A stretch of 58,615 nt of DNA, counting the filler, from Platydemus manokwari (Eukaryota): assembly GCA_037951405.1 (NCBI GenBank). It is 4 parts of 4 records of this genome, joined end to end, with 100 filler letters (N's around TTAATTAATTAA, not from the genome) between each part and the next. Parts side by side here need not be neighbours in the genome. Positions count along the whole stretch, not along the records: positions 12,967 to 31,443 come from JBBMOY010377777.1; positions 31,544 to 48,394 come from JBBMOY011139216.1; 2 more parts are not named here. One strand, given 5' to 3'. Made by a program: the position numbers and the translations under genes. The notes under the pieces are model-generated. The model was not told the origin of the DNA, ran no database searches, and was given only the letters and a program-made list of their open reading frames with translations. This document shows, piece by piece, positions 21,125 to 32,595 of this stretch (positions are counted from its first letter, which is position 1; the number at the start of each line of letters is the position of its first letter).

Positions 21125-22384
21125 ATTTCGTATTCAAATAAATGGCTCGTGTACTGAATAAATAAACAAAGTCCCTTTTTCGCAGTTTAATTTATTTTAT
21201 ATTAATTTTATTTCAAAATATCTATCAAGATGAATTATACAATCTTTTCTAAGATTCTTGCCTTTTAATTCGTGAAGTTTTTACTTTAATAAATTTTAAA
21301 AATTTTGAATGTCCGTTAGTTAAATTATTTAGACGATTTCATAAAATTATATTAATTTGAATAAAAAATAATTTGTGAATAAAAAAAAATCAAATACTCA
21401 ATAACACTTTATTTATAATATTTACAGCACCTTATAATTCAACAACAATGCTAATATGGAACGTCTATATATATATATATTCAATTCTTAAAACTGTTTG
21501 AAGACAAATTCAATTTTATTTTGAAAATCATTTATAAAAATCTATTAAAAGAATTTGATTCTAATAGTCACTAAATCCTGATTATTGTCAAATTCTGAGT
21601 GTCAATATTTATGGTAATTTAGTGGTTCACATCGATATAACGCTCTGTTTAATAAGATTTAGTAATATATATTCTAGTGGGCATTGAAATAATTATTTTT
21701 CTCTCTTTAATTACACTACATATTTCCAATATGTATATTAAATTAATTATACTTATTATTTAGATGCCATCGATCTATTGTAAAAGAAAAATAATGTTAG
21801 TATCTGGATTAGAAGAGACAAGGTCAAATAAATTAAATTATATTTTTGAAAAAATGATAGAATTTTTGTACATCTTATGACAGAGTTTAATGACACTTAT
21901 TTACGTGATTATCATACTCGAATTGCGTCTGTATATGGTATTAACTCTATTAAATTCTATTCCATGTTGTCTTAATTATATTAGTAAAAGTATCGGTCGT
22001 TTTCATCAAAATTTATTATTTCAAAAAGTAACACGCGCTTTTTCTATTATTTAAACAAATCTCAGATCTATATAACTTCCCTCTCCCGTTGTTTTTGAGA
22101 TCTTTTTCAGCCTCTCAATTCTTCGATGTTTTGTCGGTGTCCGGAAATCAAGAAGCACTTAATGTGGTCTTAAAAATTTCAAAATTCTCTGAGGACTTTT
22201 ATAACGATCTCCGTTCTTATTTATCCTGTATGGCTCTTTCTTCATTAAAACTTCTTCTGCAACCGCGAAAATTCTAATACCTCTATTTAGTATCGAATTT
22301 CCTTAAGTTTAAGGCTACTTATTTTAGCTGGTTTGTTGTTTCTTTGATAATATGGTCGTAATGGCTTGGTTCATTTAGTGGTAA

Positions 22385-22675
22385 CCCATGCATATAAATT
22401 CGTCGTCCGAACAATATTTCAAAAGGAAAATGTCGAATTAATTTCTGATATGTTGCATTGATGATAAATTCTGTCCGATGTATTGATTTATCTCAAACCA
22501 GTTTCTCTGATGCCAGTATTGTTGCCACCATGTCTCGAACCGTCTTAATCATCATTTCGACTAAGCCATTTACCTGATGTTGATATGGGAAGGTAAATTC
22601 TTGCTTTATTTCAAAACATAACGCTAATTCCTTCCTTTCCTTCCTACCTCGATCAGTGAGCATTGATTTTGGAGC
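22385..22675 (-). mobile_element. Degenerate Ty3/Gypsy LTR-retrotransposon integrase fragment (relic probably spans ~22.1-23.9 kb)
   Basis: Minus frame reads APKSMLTDRG...QEFTFPYQHQVNGLVEMMIKTVRDMVATIL..*..EFIINATYQKLIRHFPFEILFGRR. This matches the rve core (P..I.TD.G; PYHPQ.NG.VER; N.T......SPFE..FGR) with an in-frame stop. Confidence 0.8.
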
Positions 22676-24338
22676 ACTATCTCATTCATTATTGTTATCG
22701 ATACGCCAGAATTCTATAACATTTCAATCTATATATCGTTGCACTCAATTTTACTACATTGTTTACCATCAACTTTCTGATATATTTGGGAGTACTTCCT
22801 CTTACCGTCTTACTCCTTTACTTCTAGTCGATATATGTCCTATTGACCCAACCCCACTAACAAGATAGGCACAGGAGCTTGATGCCAGTTTTTTTCTCCT
22901 CCATGGAGAGTGAGCTAAAACAATAATTTGCTCCACTTTCGCTTTGAAAATCGGCTTAATCTTCCTAGTCATGGATGTATAGTATTTTCCTTGAACTATT
23001 ATAACTAGGATTTCTGGCTAAATGACATTCTCTCAACGGATGCCCTTCTTTCCGCATATTTACCATTTATTCTGCAATGAACATTCAAAATTCTAGTGTC
23101 CAAGCGCACCACAGCAGAAGCAAGCTTCTAGTTTTAAATAATCCTCCACAATTTGTGTAAAATTTAAACCCAATATCCTTCATTGATCTTGTTGGTCTCG
23201 TACTGTTTGGAAATTCCATGTGATTAACTGGTGCGCGATGATACTCCTTTACACAAAAATCTTTTTCTTTCACAATTTAGATTGGCTTTTTGTAATAAGT
23301 CTCCTTTTAAAAGGTTTTTCTTAAGTTACTTTAAAATACAGATTAAGCAAATGTCTTCATGATGGCTTTTATTGGCTTCGTCGGAGTACTTCGGCACTTT
23401 TCATCTAGTCTTTGCCGCATTGCTGCAAAAATCCTGAATCTTGTCGTGAACTGTTTTAGCATGTGAGAAAGTTTCCCAAGACCATTTCTCAATCTCTTCA
23501 TTTCATATTGCTTCTTAAAAACTGCTGAATTCTTGCCACAGTTGTTTGGCATAATCTCTCACCAGCATGACAAATGTAACGTATAATTCCATTTGGTTAA
23601 ATGTGGCAAAATCTTTGGTTATCTAAAACCATTTTTCATCTTCTTGGATTGATGCATTGAAGTACAACGGCTTTGAAATCAATAACTCCTGAGTTTTTGG
23701 GATATATTCGCAATTTATTTGCCTTTCTTCTCTTTTAGCTCTAGTAAGAGCATTTATTTCATTTGCAGAATCTGATTTTACGTTGATCTTTGTTAGTCGA
23801 ATGAAGGGAAAATGTTAATATTTCATTTTTGTTCTTCTAAATAACGCTCATTTTAACGCAATCTTTAGGTCATTATGCATGTGTGGAAAGCAAATAACTA
23901 GCATTTTAATGTTTCTTTTCAAATATTGCCGTCTTTCGGTTAAACAAACTTTATCTTATATTGTATAGTTTCTTGGCAATTTTCTTCATTAATTCTAAAT
24001 GTGGTTCTCGTTTTTGCTACGGCTTCTCTCCCACTATAATTGATGTAGAATCCGCCAATTTTTCGATTTTTCTTTTTGTTGTAAAATGTTTGTAGCTTCA
24101 GAATAAGTTGGCTTCTGTGTCCCATTGAAACTTGAAGAGATACCTGTTTACTTTCGCTGATCGTGGCAAGAGACTGAATTTCGAACATTGCAATCTTAGG
24201 TTTGTCAAAAATGCTTTCGTAAGATCTATATTTTAGAAAAAAATATGTTTAATAATTGTTTCACAAGTCAAGCCTGAATGAAGAACTGATTCTACCCGTT
24301 TTTGAACACGAATCTCGAATGTGGCAAATTTGTCATTA

Positions 24339-24474
24339 TTATTTTATTGAACTCTTGCTAATTTAACAATTGAGTGTTCTTGAATTACTTTCTTCTACAA
24401 GATCCCAGCTTCCTCTGATAATAAAAGTCAGTTACTGATTTAATTGTTGATTTAGCAAGAGTTCAACAAAATAA
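24339..24474. repeat. Fold-back element / small MITE with ~33-bp inverted arms
   Basis: TTATTTTATTGAACTCTTGCTAATTTAACAATT versus AATTGTTGATTTAGCAAGAGTTCAACAAAATAA: 30/33 complementary, with a ~70-nt spacer. Confidence 0.7.
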
Positions 24475-25623
24475 CAATAATTTTTGTATTAAATGTATTA
24501 AAAAATTATAAAATATATCAAATACCATTTGGTCTTAGATAATTAAAAATATTAATGTGTGAATTCGACAATTTTTTGGAAAGTAAAATTTTAATACTGA
24601 ATCTGCTCAGCTACACCAGAATATAAAAGAAGGTAAATATAAAATTTATTACTTCAAGGTTCTTTTTATTATTTTATAATAATAATGTTTATTTTCCTGA
24701 ACTCATTTACCAAAAAATTAAATTAATATGGCAAATATATCGACAATGAATATTGAATTTTCAATAGTCAGTGATGGTTTAATTTCTGATGTTAGTAACA
24801 ACCTTTAGAATTGAAACTTGACTCTGGGTTGATAGGAATACCATAACAATACAATATGAAAGGAATATTGAGAACAAACCAAAACACATTTCCTTAAGCT
24901 GTTGTTCGAATGTTACGGTTATATTCTGACTTTACAATTGATAAGTTTAATCAAATAAAACGAAATAAAAAAATAAAATTTCTTTTCCAGAAATGATCAA
25001 TCAAATTATCTCAAAATCATAACGCTTGGTGATAATTCTGACTTAATTCTGTCAAAAAGACTTATTGAAAGTAGTATTTATAGCATCTTTGTGAGTGTTT
25101 TCTATATTTGGATTGTAGTTAATTGATTTCGTAGCTTGATTTCTCTCGTGTTTATACGCTTAAAAAATTACCGAGCAGGTTTTATATTTGATATATTATA
25201 TTTTATACATCCATATTTACTCATCATTGAACACAGGGAATTTTTTTTAACTTTATAATAATATTTTAAAATGGCAGCAAAACATCGATTGTTTAATCTA
25301 TCACAATTAAATAGTATAAAATATCTTAATCTTTCTCTTCGACATTTGGATTAAATCATAAATATCCTTATCAAAACATCAATCACATTTTAATGATTCT
25401 CGAGATCATGTTGTAATTGATCTTTCTCATTTTATTAGAATTTAAATAGATTTCAAAACATAGTTAAGAAACTCATATCCACAGAATAACTTGTTGCATT
25501 AAGTATTTGAATAATCCATATTAATGTCAATATCAACTAGAAATTGAGATAGAATAATTTTTCATTAACATTTACTTATCGATGAAACAAACAAATCAAA
25601 TATCATTCCAACAATCAGCACCA

Positions 25624-25629
25624 TATAAA
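25624..25629 (+). promoter_or_regulatory. Candidate TATA box of the DUF1330-like gene
   Basis: TATAAA 42 nt upstream of the ATG at 25666. Weak evidence in AT-rich DNA. Confidence 0.3.
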
Positions 25630-25665
25630 GTACTCGGAAAAGTTTAAAATTTTTCTAACCGATCA

Positions 25666-28394
25666 ATGGCAGATTATTACAATGGTTCCAGCGGTGAATG
25701 TTATCTGTTGATTCATTTCAAACAAGCAGATGCCTATTCATACAGGAATAGTATCATACGTCAAATATCTGTTCTTGAACGCAACTTTTGCGGTAGAGAA
25801 GTAGCATTTTGTCCGAAAATGCAATCAATTGAAACGACCATCGAAAACAAATTCGGAATCGGTATGATTCATTTTCCAGATTTTCAAATTGCAAAAGTTT
25901 GGGGATTTGTTTTTATTGTGGAGATGGTTTTGTAAAAATACTGATTTGTAGAATTGGTATGAATCAGCTCATGAAATCAGACAACCAGATTGGTTGAATA
26001 ATGTATCAATGATTCTTGTTCCGGCTAGAAATGATATCGATTTGAATATGCCAATCTTAGAATTTGCAGAATGGAATTATTTTAGAGATATCCATAAATT
26101 CCAGAATCAATATTTATCACAAGTATCTATAAATTAGTCAATTTTTGACGCGAATTATAAAGTTATATTTTCTCAATATAATTCTAAAAATATGCTCATA
26201 AAATTGAGATGACTTCATATTCGTGATGCTCTGTAGTTAGATGTTTGGGGATTTAAAATATAGATTTTTTAAAATATATTATATAGCACTGGTTTTCAAC
26301 CTTTTTGCTGGAGAGGAACCTCAGGGAAACATTCCTCGGACCAGAGGAACCCCTGTGCAATAATGAAGCGAGTTTAATTATGATGAATTTAGTATATTTA
26401 AACAATAACTAATAATAAAATAATACAAATAATAATGAAGTAACAATAATAATAAAATAGATTTTCGAAATTGAATTTAACATGTTGTTTATTTGTTCGT
26501 TGTTCTAATTTAGAAATTTAGAAAATGCGGAACCCCTGGAGTGTACTGGCGGAAGCCTAAGGTTATTTAAAACATCATTAAACTTATAATATATAGGCAT
26601 AGTTACTTTATTGAATAATTCAACAAAAGATTGAATTATCTTAAAATATAAGGATCCATTAATATCAGTTTACATCGACATTGCTAGTCCAAACCATAAA
26701 CAATAAGACCATGATCTTACCTGACCAGTATGATCATCAATCTTACTCCAATTTATTGCTTTAATATTTGTGTTACAACCTTATTTTGTTGTACTATATG
26801 TTTTGTTACCATCGCTGGGGATCCGGTTACATAGGAATTGAAAATATATCGATTTGTCATTAATTTATTTTAAATTTTAATATCAAATTTAATTCTGATA
26901 GCTTTTGAAATTATTTTATCTTAAAATAAGTTAATAAGTTATAAAAATTAAGATTTTTTAAGAATTAAAATGTCAATACCTTGAAAATTAATAATAATAG
27001 TGAATATTTATTTGCAAAAACACGAAACAAAGCAACTTGTAGGTCACATAAGTTATCCACGTTTTTTAAGCTGGAATCTTTTGTTGCCAAATGAAAATAA
27101 ACATGATTAGTTTTCATTGCAAACTTATTTTAAAATAATAACTTTTAAGAAATTATCCCTTGAATGAATTCAAATATAAGTTGTTGAAATTTTTATAATT
27201 AATTCTATTTTATCACAAGATTGAAGTCGGAGTTATTTAGTTAAAAATTTATGCACATGAGCCGGAGTTAGATTATCTAATTTTGACATATTTTTTTCTG
27301 CTTTCTAGCTATGGTTGTAAAATATAGTGTTTGAACATTGTTTTTGTTCTGTTTACTTGTACCAGTTATCTTAATAATTTTCGTTAGCTTTATTAACTGA
27401 TCTAGCGCTACTCTTTTTCAAAATTATTATTGTTATTATTAAATAATGAAAACGCCAAAGAGAAATGATTAGGCTGGAAAGTTAGGAAAAGCGAGACGAT
27501 GGTTAGGGCCCATAGTGATGGAGTCAAGTTGTAAAATCTACTTAACGAAGAAAAACAGTCGTCATATGACTAATACAAGATCCTATTCATTCAAAGCCAA
27601 ACTGTTTATGCAAGTGGCTAATTGGTATGAATTTAGTCAAAGGTAGCGCGAAAATTGAAAAAATTCTCAAATTAAAGATGAAAAACCTCTCCATTCAATC
27701 GGTTAAAACAACTTGAAATAATTGTTTTATCGATGGTAAACTTAGAAATGTTTGAGAATCAACATCAACCAAACCTTATTCTATAATATTTTACGGGATT
27801 TCTCACAATCTTTAAAATTATTTAACCTCAAAATACTTATTTTCAAAATTATTCATTATTTTTAAATAATTATTAAAAATATAACTTTATTGAATAATTC
27901 TTACGCAATCAAAATTTTTTTAAAGCGAATATTTTATAAAAATAGTTTACCAAATATTTTACTGTTATTTCTAAGTAGACTAATGAAACATATTAATTAA
28001 CTCATTAAATTAATGACATCTTGAAAATTTATGAGCACAAAATAGATAAGTAAATTAAAGTTATTAAGTACAACATTTGTTATCAACAGAAATTTATTCA
28101 GAGCACTTATTTATATCATTTAATGATAAATAGAGTATTGGGTTTCGTTATTAATTTCATTATTTATAGCTAAACCATGTTGATAAATCACAAAACAATG
28201 TTGTAGCGGCTCCAGAATACTCATTTTCCAAGTTGAGAGGAAATTGGTGTCCGAAATATTTAGTGATAACCCAATGGGCGTCAATCAATGCTCTGCAAAA
28301 CTACGCCGACGAAAAAGGTCCTCTGGTTTTAGAGATAATGAATTCAGTGGCTTCAGGAAACATTTGGGCGGGAGTAAATAATAAATCCAAATAA
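25666..28394 (+). CDS. Tandem DUF1330-like (dimeric alpha-beta barrel) protein, 3 exons (25666-25896, 25952-26122, 28170-28394), 208 aa
   Basis: Phase-0 GT-AG joins give an open 627-nt CDS. The first half has GREVAF..MQSIE..GIGMIHFPDFQIAKNWYES and the second has FRDIHKFQNQYL..KLRGNWCPKYLVITQWASINALQNY. Both resemble the DUF1330 pattern LEG.W.P..VVIIEFPS.E.A..WY.S. Confidence 0.75.
26287..26564 (+). mobile_element. hAT (Charlie-like) non-autonomous element in intron 2 of the DUF1330-like gene
   Basis: Starts CACTGGTTTTCAACCTTTTT (hAT-type CAGTGGTT..CAACC terminus), with GGAACCCCTG subterminal motifs near both ends and an AT-rich core. The 3' TIR is degraded. Confidence 0.6.
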
Positions 28395-28504
28395 ATGACA
28401 GTAATCGATTGACCGAAATGAAAATTTATTAATAACTTGTTATACGTTGATTTGTATTATTAATATTTATAATATTCATTAATATTTATGGCTATGGTAA
28501 AATT

Positions 28505-28697
28505 NNNNNNNNNNNNNNNNNNNNNNNNNNNNNNNNNNNNNNNNNNNNNNNNNNNNNNNNNNNNNNNNNNNNNNNNNNNNNNNNNNNNNNNNNNNNNNNN
28601 NNNNNNNNNNNNNNNNNNNNNNNNNNNNNNNNNNNNNNNNNNNNNNNNNNNNNNNNNNNNNNNNNNNNNNNNNNNNNNNNNNNNNNNNNNNNNNNNN
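28505..28697. other. Assembly gap (193 N)
   Basis: Run of N without the TTAATTAATTAA tag. Confidence 0.98.
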
Positions 28698-29336
28698 TTG
28701 TGAAAGATCCAAATTCTTTTTTCACAAAAACAAAATGTAATAAATTGTAAAATTTATTTTCTATTTTTTATTTTTTTTTTCAAATGATCTTACAAACAAA
28801 CTCATAAATATTCAAGTGCAAATTAATAAATCATAAGTTTTATGAGATTGTTAGTGAAAATGAAATGTCACAGAAAATCCTAATTACATGCCAATTTCCA
28901 TGACAACCAGCCATAATAGGAAAATTAATAAATCATTCAGATTGTTATCTAGCTGATCCAAATATTTCGATTTAAATGGCTCATAAAAGGTTCGTATGTA
29001 ATCAATAAAAATATTTTATTACACAATTTTATTACAGTTGATGCTGATTTTCATCTCTCATGGTTACCACAGCAATGTTTGAAAATTTCAAAAAAAATGG
29101 AAAAAAAGATCTAAAAAACTCTGAGATCCGATAATCAAATGCGCTACGTTTCACATTTAATCGATTCTATTAATTTTAGATGCCATCTGTGAACAGTAAT
29201 CACAACAATGATAATTAGCAATTAAATAGATCGCTTCAAAGTGTGACAGATTATTTGTTTTATTCATTATCATCATAATATTGTCAATATCATTTTACTA
29301 TAGATAAATGCAAATATAATATTATGTTATATAGTT

Positions 29337-29750
29337 ATGAGGTATAATTTTTCATCAAAACCCATCGTCAATTCAGCAGATTACGAGGCTGGACTTTATG
29401 TGATAACGGTGATTTTGTTTTTCTGTGCTGGATCGGCATTTCTTTTGATTTTCGGTAAAAAGAAACGGTACACCATCAAATTCAGTGAAGAAGAACAAAT
29501 CAAACTCTACATGGAACACAAACAAGTGATCGAAAAACAAGAAAAGGTCGACAAATTGTGGATGACTGATAGATATCTTCGACAGATTTTAATCGACAAA
29601 ACCAATACGAGAAAAGAACTGAATATCGATAACGATCAAACACCGAAATGGAATGCTGTTCAAGAATTGGTATCGAAATGTCCACATAATAATTTCTCAA
29701 TACCCACCGTATTTTATCCGAAAATGAAATACTCTCACTCATTTGGTTAA
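29337..29750 (+). CDS. Small single-pass membrane protein, KCNE/MinK-like, 137 aa
   Basis: Intact ORF in AT-rich DNA. Short N-terminus with an N-glycosylation sequon (NFS), one hydrophobic helix (GLYVITVILFFCAGSAFLLIF), a basic stop-transfer segment KKKR, then QIKLYMEHKQVIEKQEK. Confidence 0.7.
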   Translation: MRYNFSSKPIVNSADYEAGLYVITVILFFCAGSAFLLIFGKKKRYTIKFSEEEQIKLYMEHKQVIEKQEKVDKLWMTDRYLRQILIDKTNTRKELNIDNDQTPKWNAVQELVSKCPHNNFSIPTVFYPKMKYSHSFG

Positions 29751-31443
29751 TCATTTCATTAATGTTTGTCGTGTGTTGAAAATTTAGCATTTATCTGGAG
29801 TTTAATTAGGTGATTTAGCTACTTTTAATTCATTTTTATTTCCATAATAATATTGATTGGGTGATATAGTTTAAAAATTTCTACACTGTAAATCTCTAGA
29901 CGTTATTCAATTCCAATTCTGGATAAGGGTCTTTCCTGAATTTAAACAATCACTGCATTTGTTGAGAGGAAATTAAGAGACTTCATTGTTTTAGCGTGGC
30001 GTACAATTATTGCACTCAAATAGCAATGTTCTTTTAAAGAGATTTTCCAATCAATTTCTTATTTTTATTATTGAATATGAATTTATTGATTAATTATTCT
30101 TTTTTTTAAACTTATCTTTCGTTCGGCCTGTTGAGAGAAACTCATTAAATTATTCTTTGAATATTTTATATGACAAATCTCAGCCTATTATACATCATCC
30201 GTATTTATAAGTCGTTATTTTTTTTTATCTCCCATTAGTAGATGATAGGTTAACAAGATATTGAGAATTAAACTGTGCGACTTTATGCCGTTCAAAAAAA
30301 AATTTGAATTTTCGATGAATCCAGAGATGGCTTTTATAGATTTCTAACTGCAACCGGTCAAGATATTTACGAGATTTTTTTATTTCGATAATCTAAACTA
30401 AAATCATGATGAGACTGTTAAGAATTAATTTATCGACACTGGGTTAATGTATAACGGTAAGTTGTTTCAAGTTATAATAACTATACTCACAAGATTATGA
30501 ATATCTCATCGAAATTATAATGATTAATGATTGTAATGAGTAATGATTTACATTACTTACAGTCAGGAAAGTTTTTTTTAATTTTGAGCTTTGGTTGCAT
30601 TGGTGAAAAGTTTATAAACAAGTCAGACTCAGGCAAGGAAATTAGAATAATTATTTATATTATTTAACCAAATAATTCCGCAGAAAACAGAATATATTAA
30701 CAGGAACTACAATGAAAGAAACAGAAGGATGATGGTTTGATACATACTTGAAATAAGAGGCTAATTATAAAGTTTATTCAACAAACCTTTCTGTTGCTTT
30801 TGCTGCTTCTAGAATTATATTTATAAATATTAATAATAAGACAACTAGAATGGTGTGTCAAGTGCAACCAGAGAATTCATTGTATTCCTAAATATGAAAT
30901 AATGAGTTAATTTTTCAAGCCAACTAATTTTTTGATGACAAAAAGTACCACAAAAATTCTCACATAGGCTAAGGATTAATGATAAAGATTAATGATAAAT
31001 CAAGACACCAAATTGGAAGAACGTCAGCACTGACATTTTAATGATTAAACGAAGTCACAATATTTTTAAATTAAAATTAAATTTTTCAAAAGAAATCTCA
31101 CAAAAGGAATTGAGATTGAATTTCGAATTAAATAGTTTCGTAATAAGAACCGGATTAATTAATAATTTACAAACTAAAATCCGAGTTCCTATGGTTTAAA
31201 ATGAATATTTTGAGGTTCGAATGAATTTTTTAATGATCTGAAATTAATATTTTAAAATATTTCAAAGAAAAAATGTGACCATCAAAGATTTCAGTGAGGT
31301 TATTAATAATAAGATTGGAATCAACCCTGTGTTGGAAGTTATGGTTATCAATTACCCTACAATAAATAATATATTAGGCTGAGTCAAAAGTTATTCATGT
31401 TTTTTAGTTGTTTAAAGTTTTTGTTTTACCAAATCATTTAAAC

Positions 31444-31543
31444 NNNNNNNNNNNNNNNNNNNNNNNNNNNNNNNNNNNNNNNNNNNNTTAATTAATTAAN
31501 NNNNNNNNNNNNNNNNNNNNNNNNNNNNNNNNNNNNNNNNNNN
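31444..31543. other. Artificial assembly linker (44N + TTAATTAATTAA + 44N)
   Basis: Same 100-nt structure as at 12867. Confidence 0.97.
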
Positions 31544-32595
31544 TAGATTTTCAAACCAAATTTAATTTTCACTTAAACTGTATATATGTATATATTCAAG
31601 GTTAAAAAACAAAAAATAAAATAATAAACAATTTATGAATAGATTATGAGAAGTTCAGCAAACAATTTAATTGAAGTTCTAAATTACAAATCAACTTCTT
31701 AATTTCAGAATTTAATCAGTAAATTACTTTTGTAAATAATTAAGTGACACATATCAATTAGTTTATCAAAGAAACTGAAAATAATCTGTAATAGCAGGAA
31801 TATCGAATTAATTTTGCCATTTATTAACTTTATCGTGATTTCTTCTTAAAATCTTTTTTAAAACTCTTCAGGGATTAATGTTTACTCTTGAAGTCGTAAT
31901 CCATAGCTTCAAAATAAAAAAATGAAACAAGAATTTCTAACAATTAGAAGTGACTACTTACGAAATTCATATTCATTTTGTTATATTTTTATTTTAAAAA
32001 GTATTGATAATTAATTTTTGAAATTTATTACAAAAAATAAAAATAAATATAATATGGTTTTCGGTTAAAAAGCAAAATAGTTATTTAATGTATTATTTAC
32101 TTTTGTAATTCAATATAAGATTAGTTAAAGTAAAACGGAGGAATTTATCCAAATAATCATACAATAATTAATTAAAAACATCAATTGACAAAATTCAAAA
32201 TATAATGAAGCTGTAGATATGTATATAAAGCCATAAAATGTATTTAAAATATTTTTAATCATTATTATATTTTATTGAAATATTTAAAAATTTCAAATTA
32301 ACTGATTTGTACTTAATGAGGGAGTTGTTATCATGAAAATCTCCTACATTTATACTTTTACAAGATTTGTCGTTTAAAATTTGAAAGCGCTAATTTTAAA
32401 ATAAATACTATTTTAATGTATCTAACTTTGAAATCATTGGTTATTAAGGAAGACATTTTTTTGTATATAATACAATCATTATTTTTAATAGTCGGTGAAT
32501 CTAAAGTTATAAACTGTCTTTATTTTATGCCTATCACTAAATCTTTGTGTAGTTTAATTAGAATTATAATAAAACCACTGTAATTTGTTAATAGG

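Noticed and set aside
28479-28725. Three ORFs of 71-77 aa in the ORF track
   Set aside because: They are open only because they cross the N gap.
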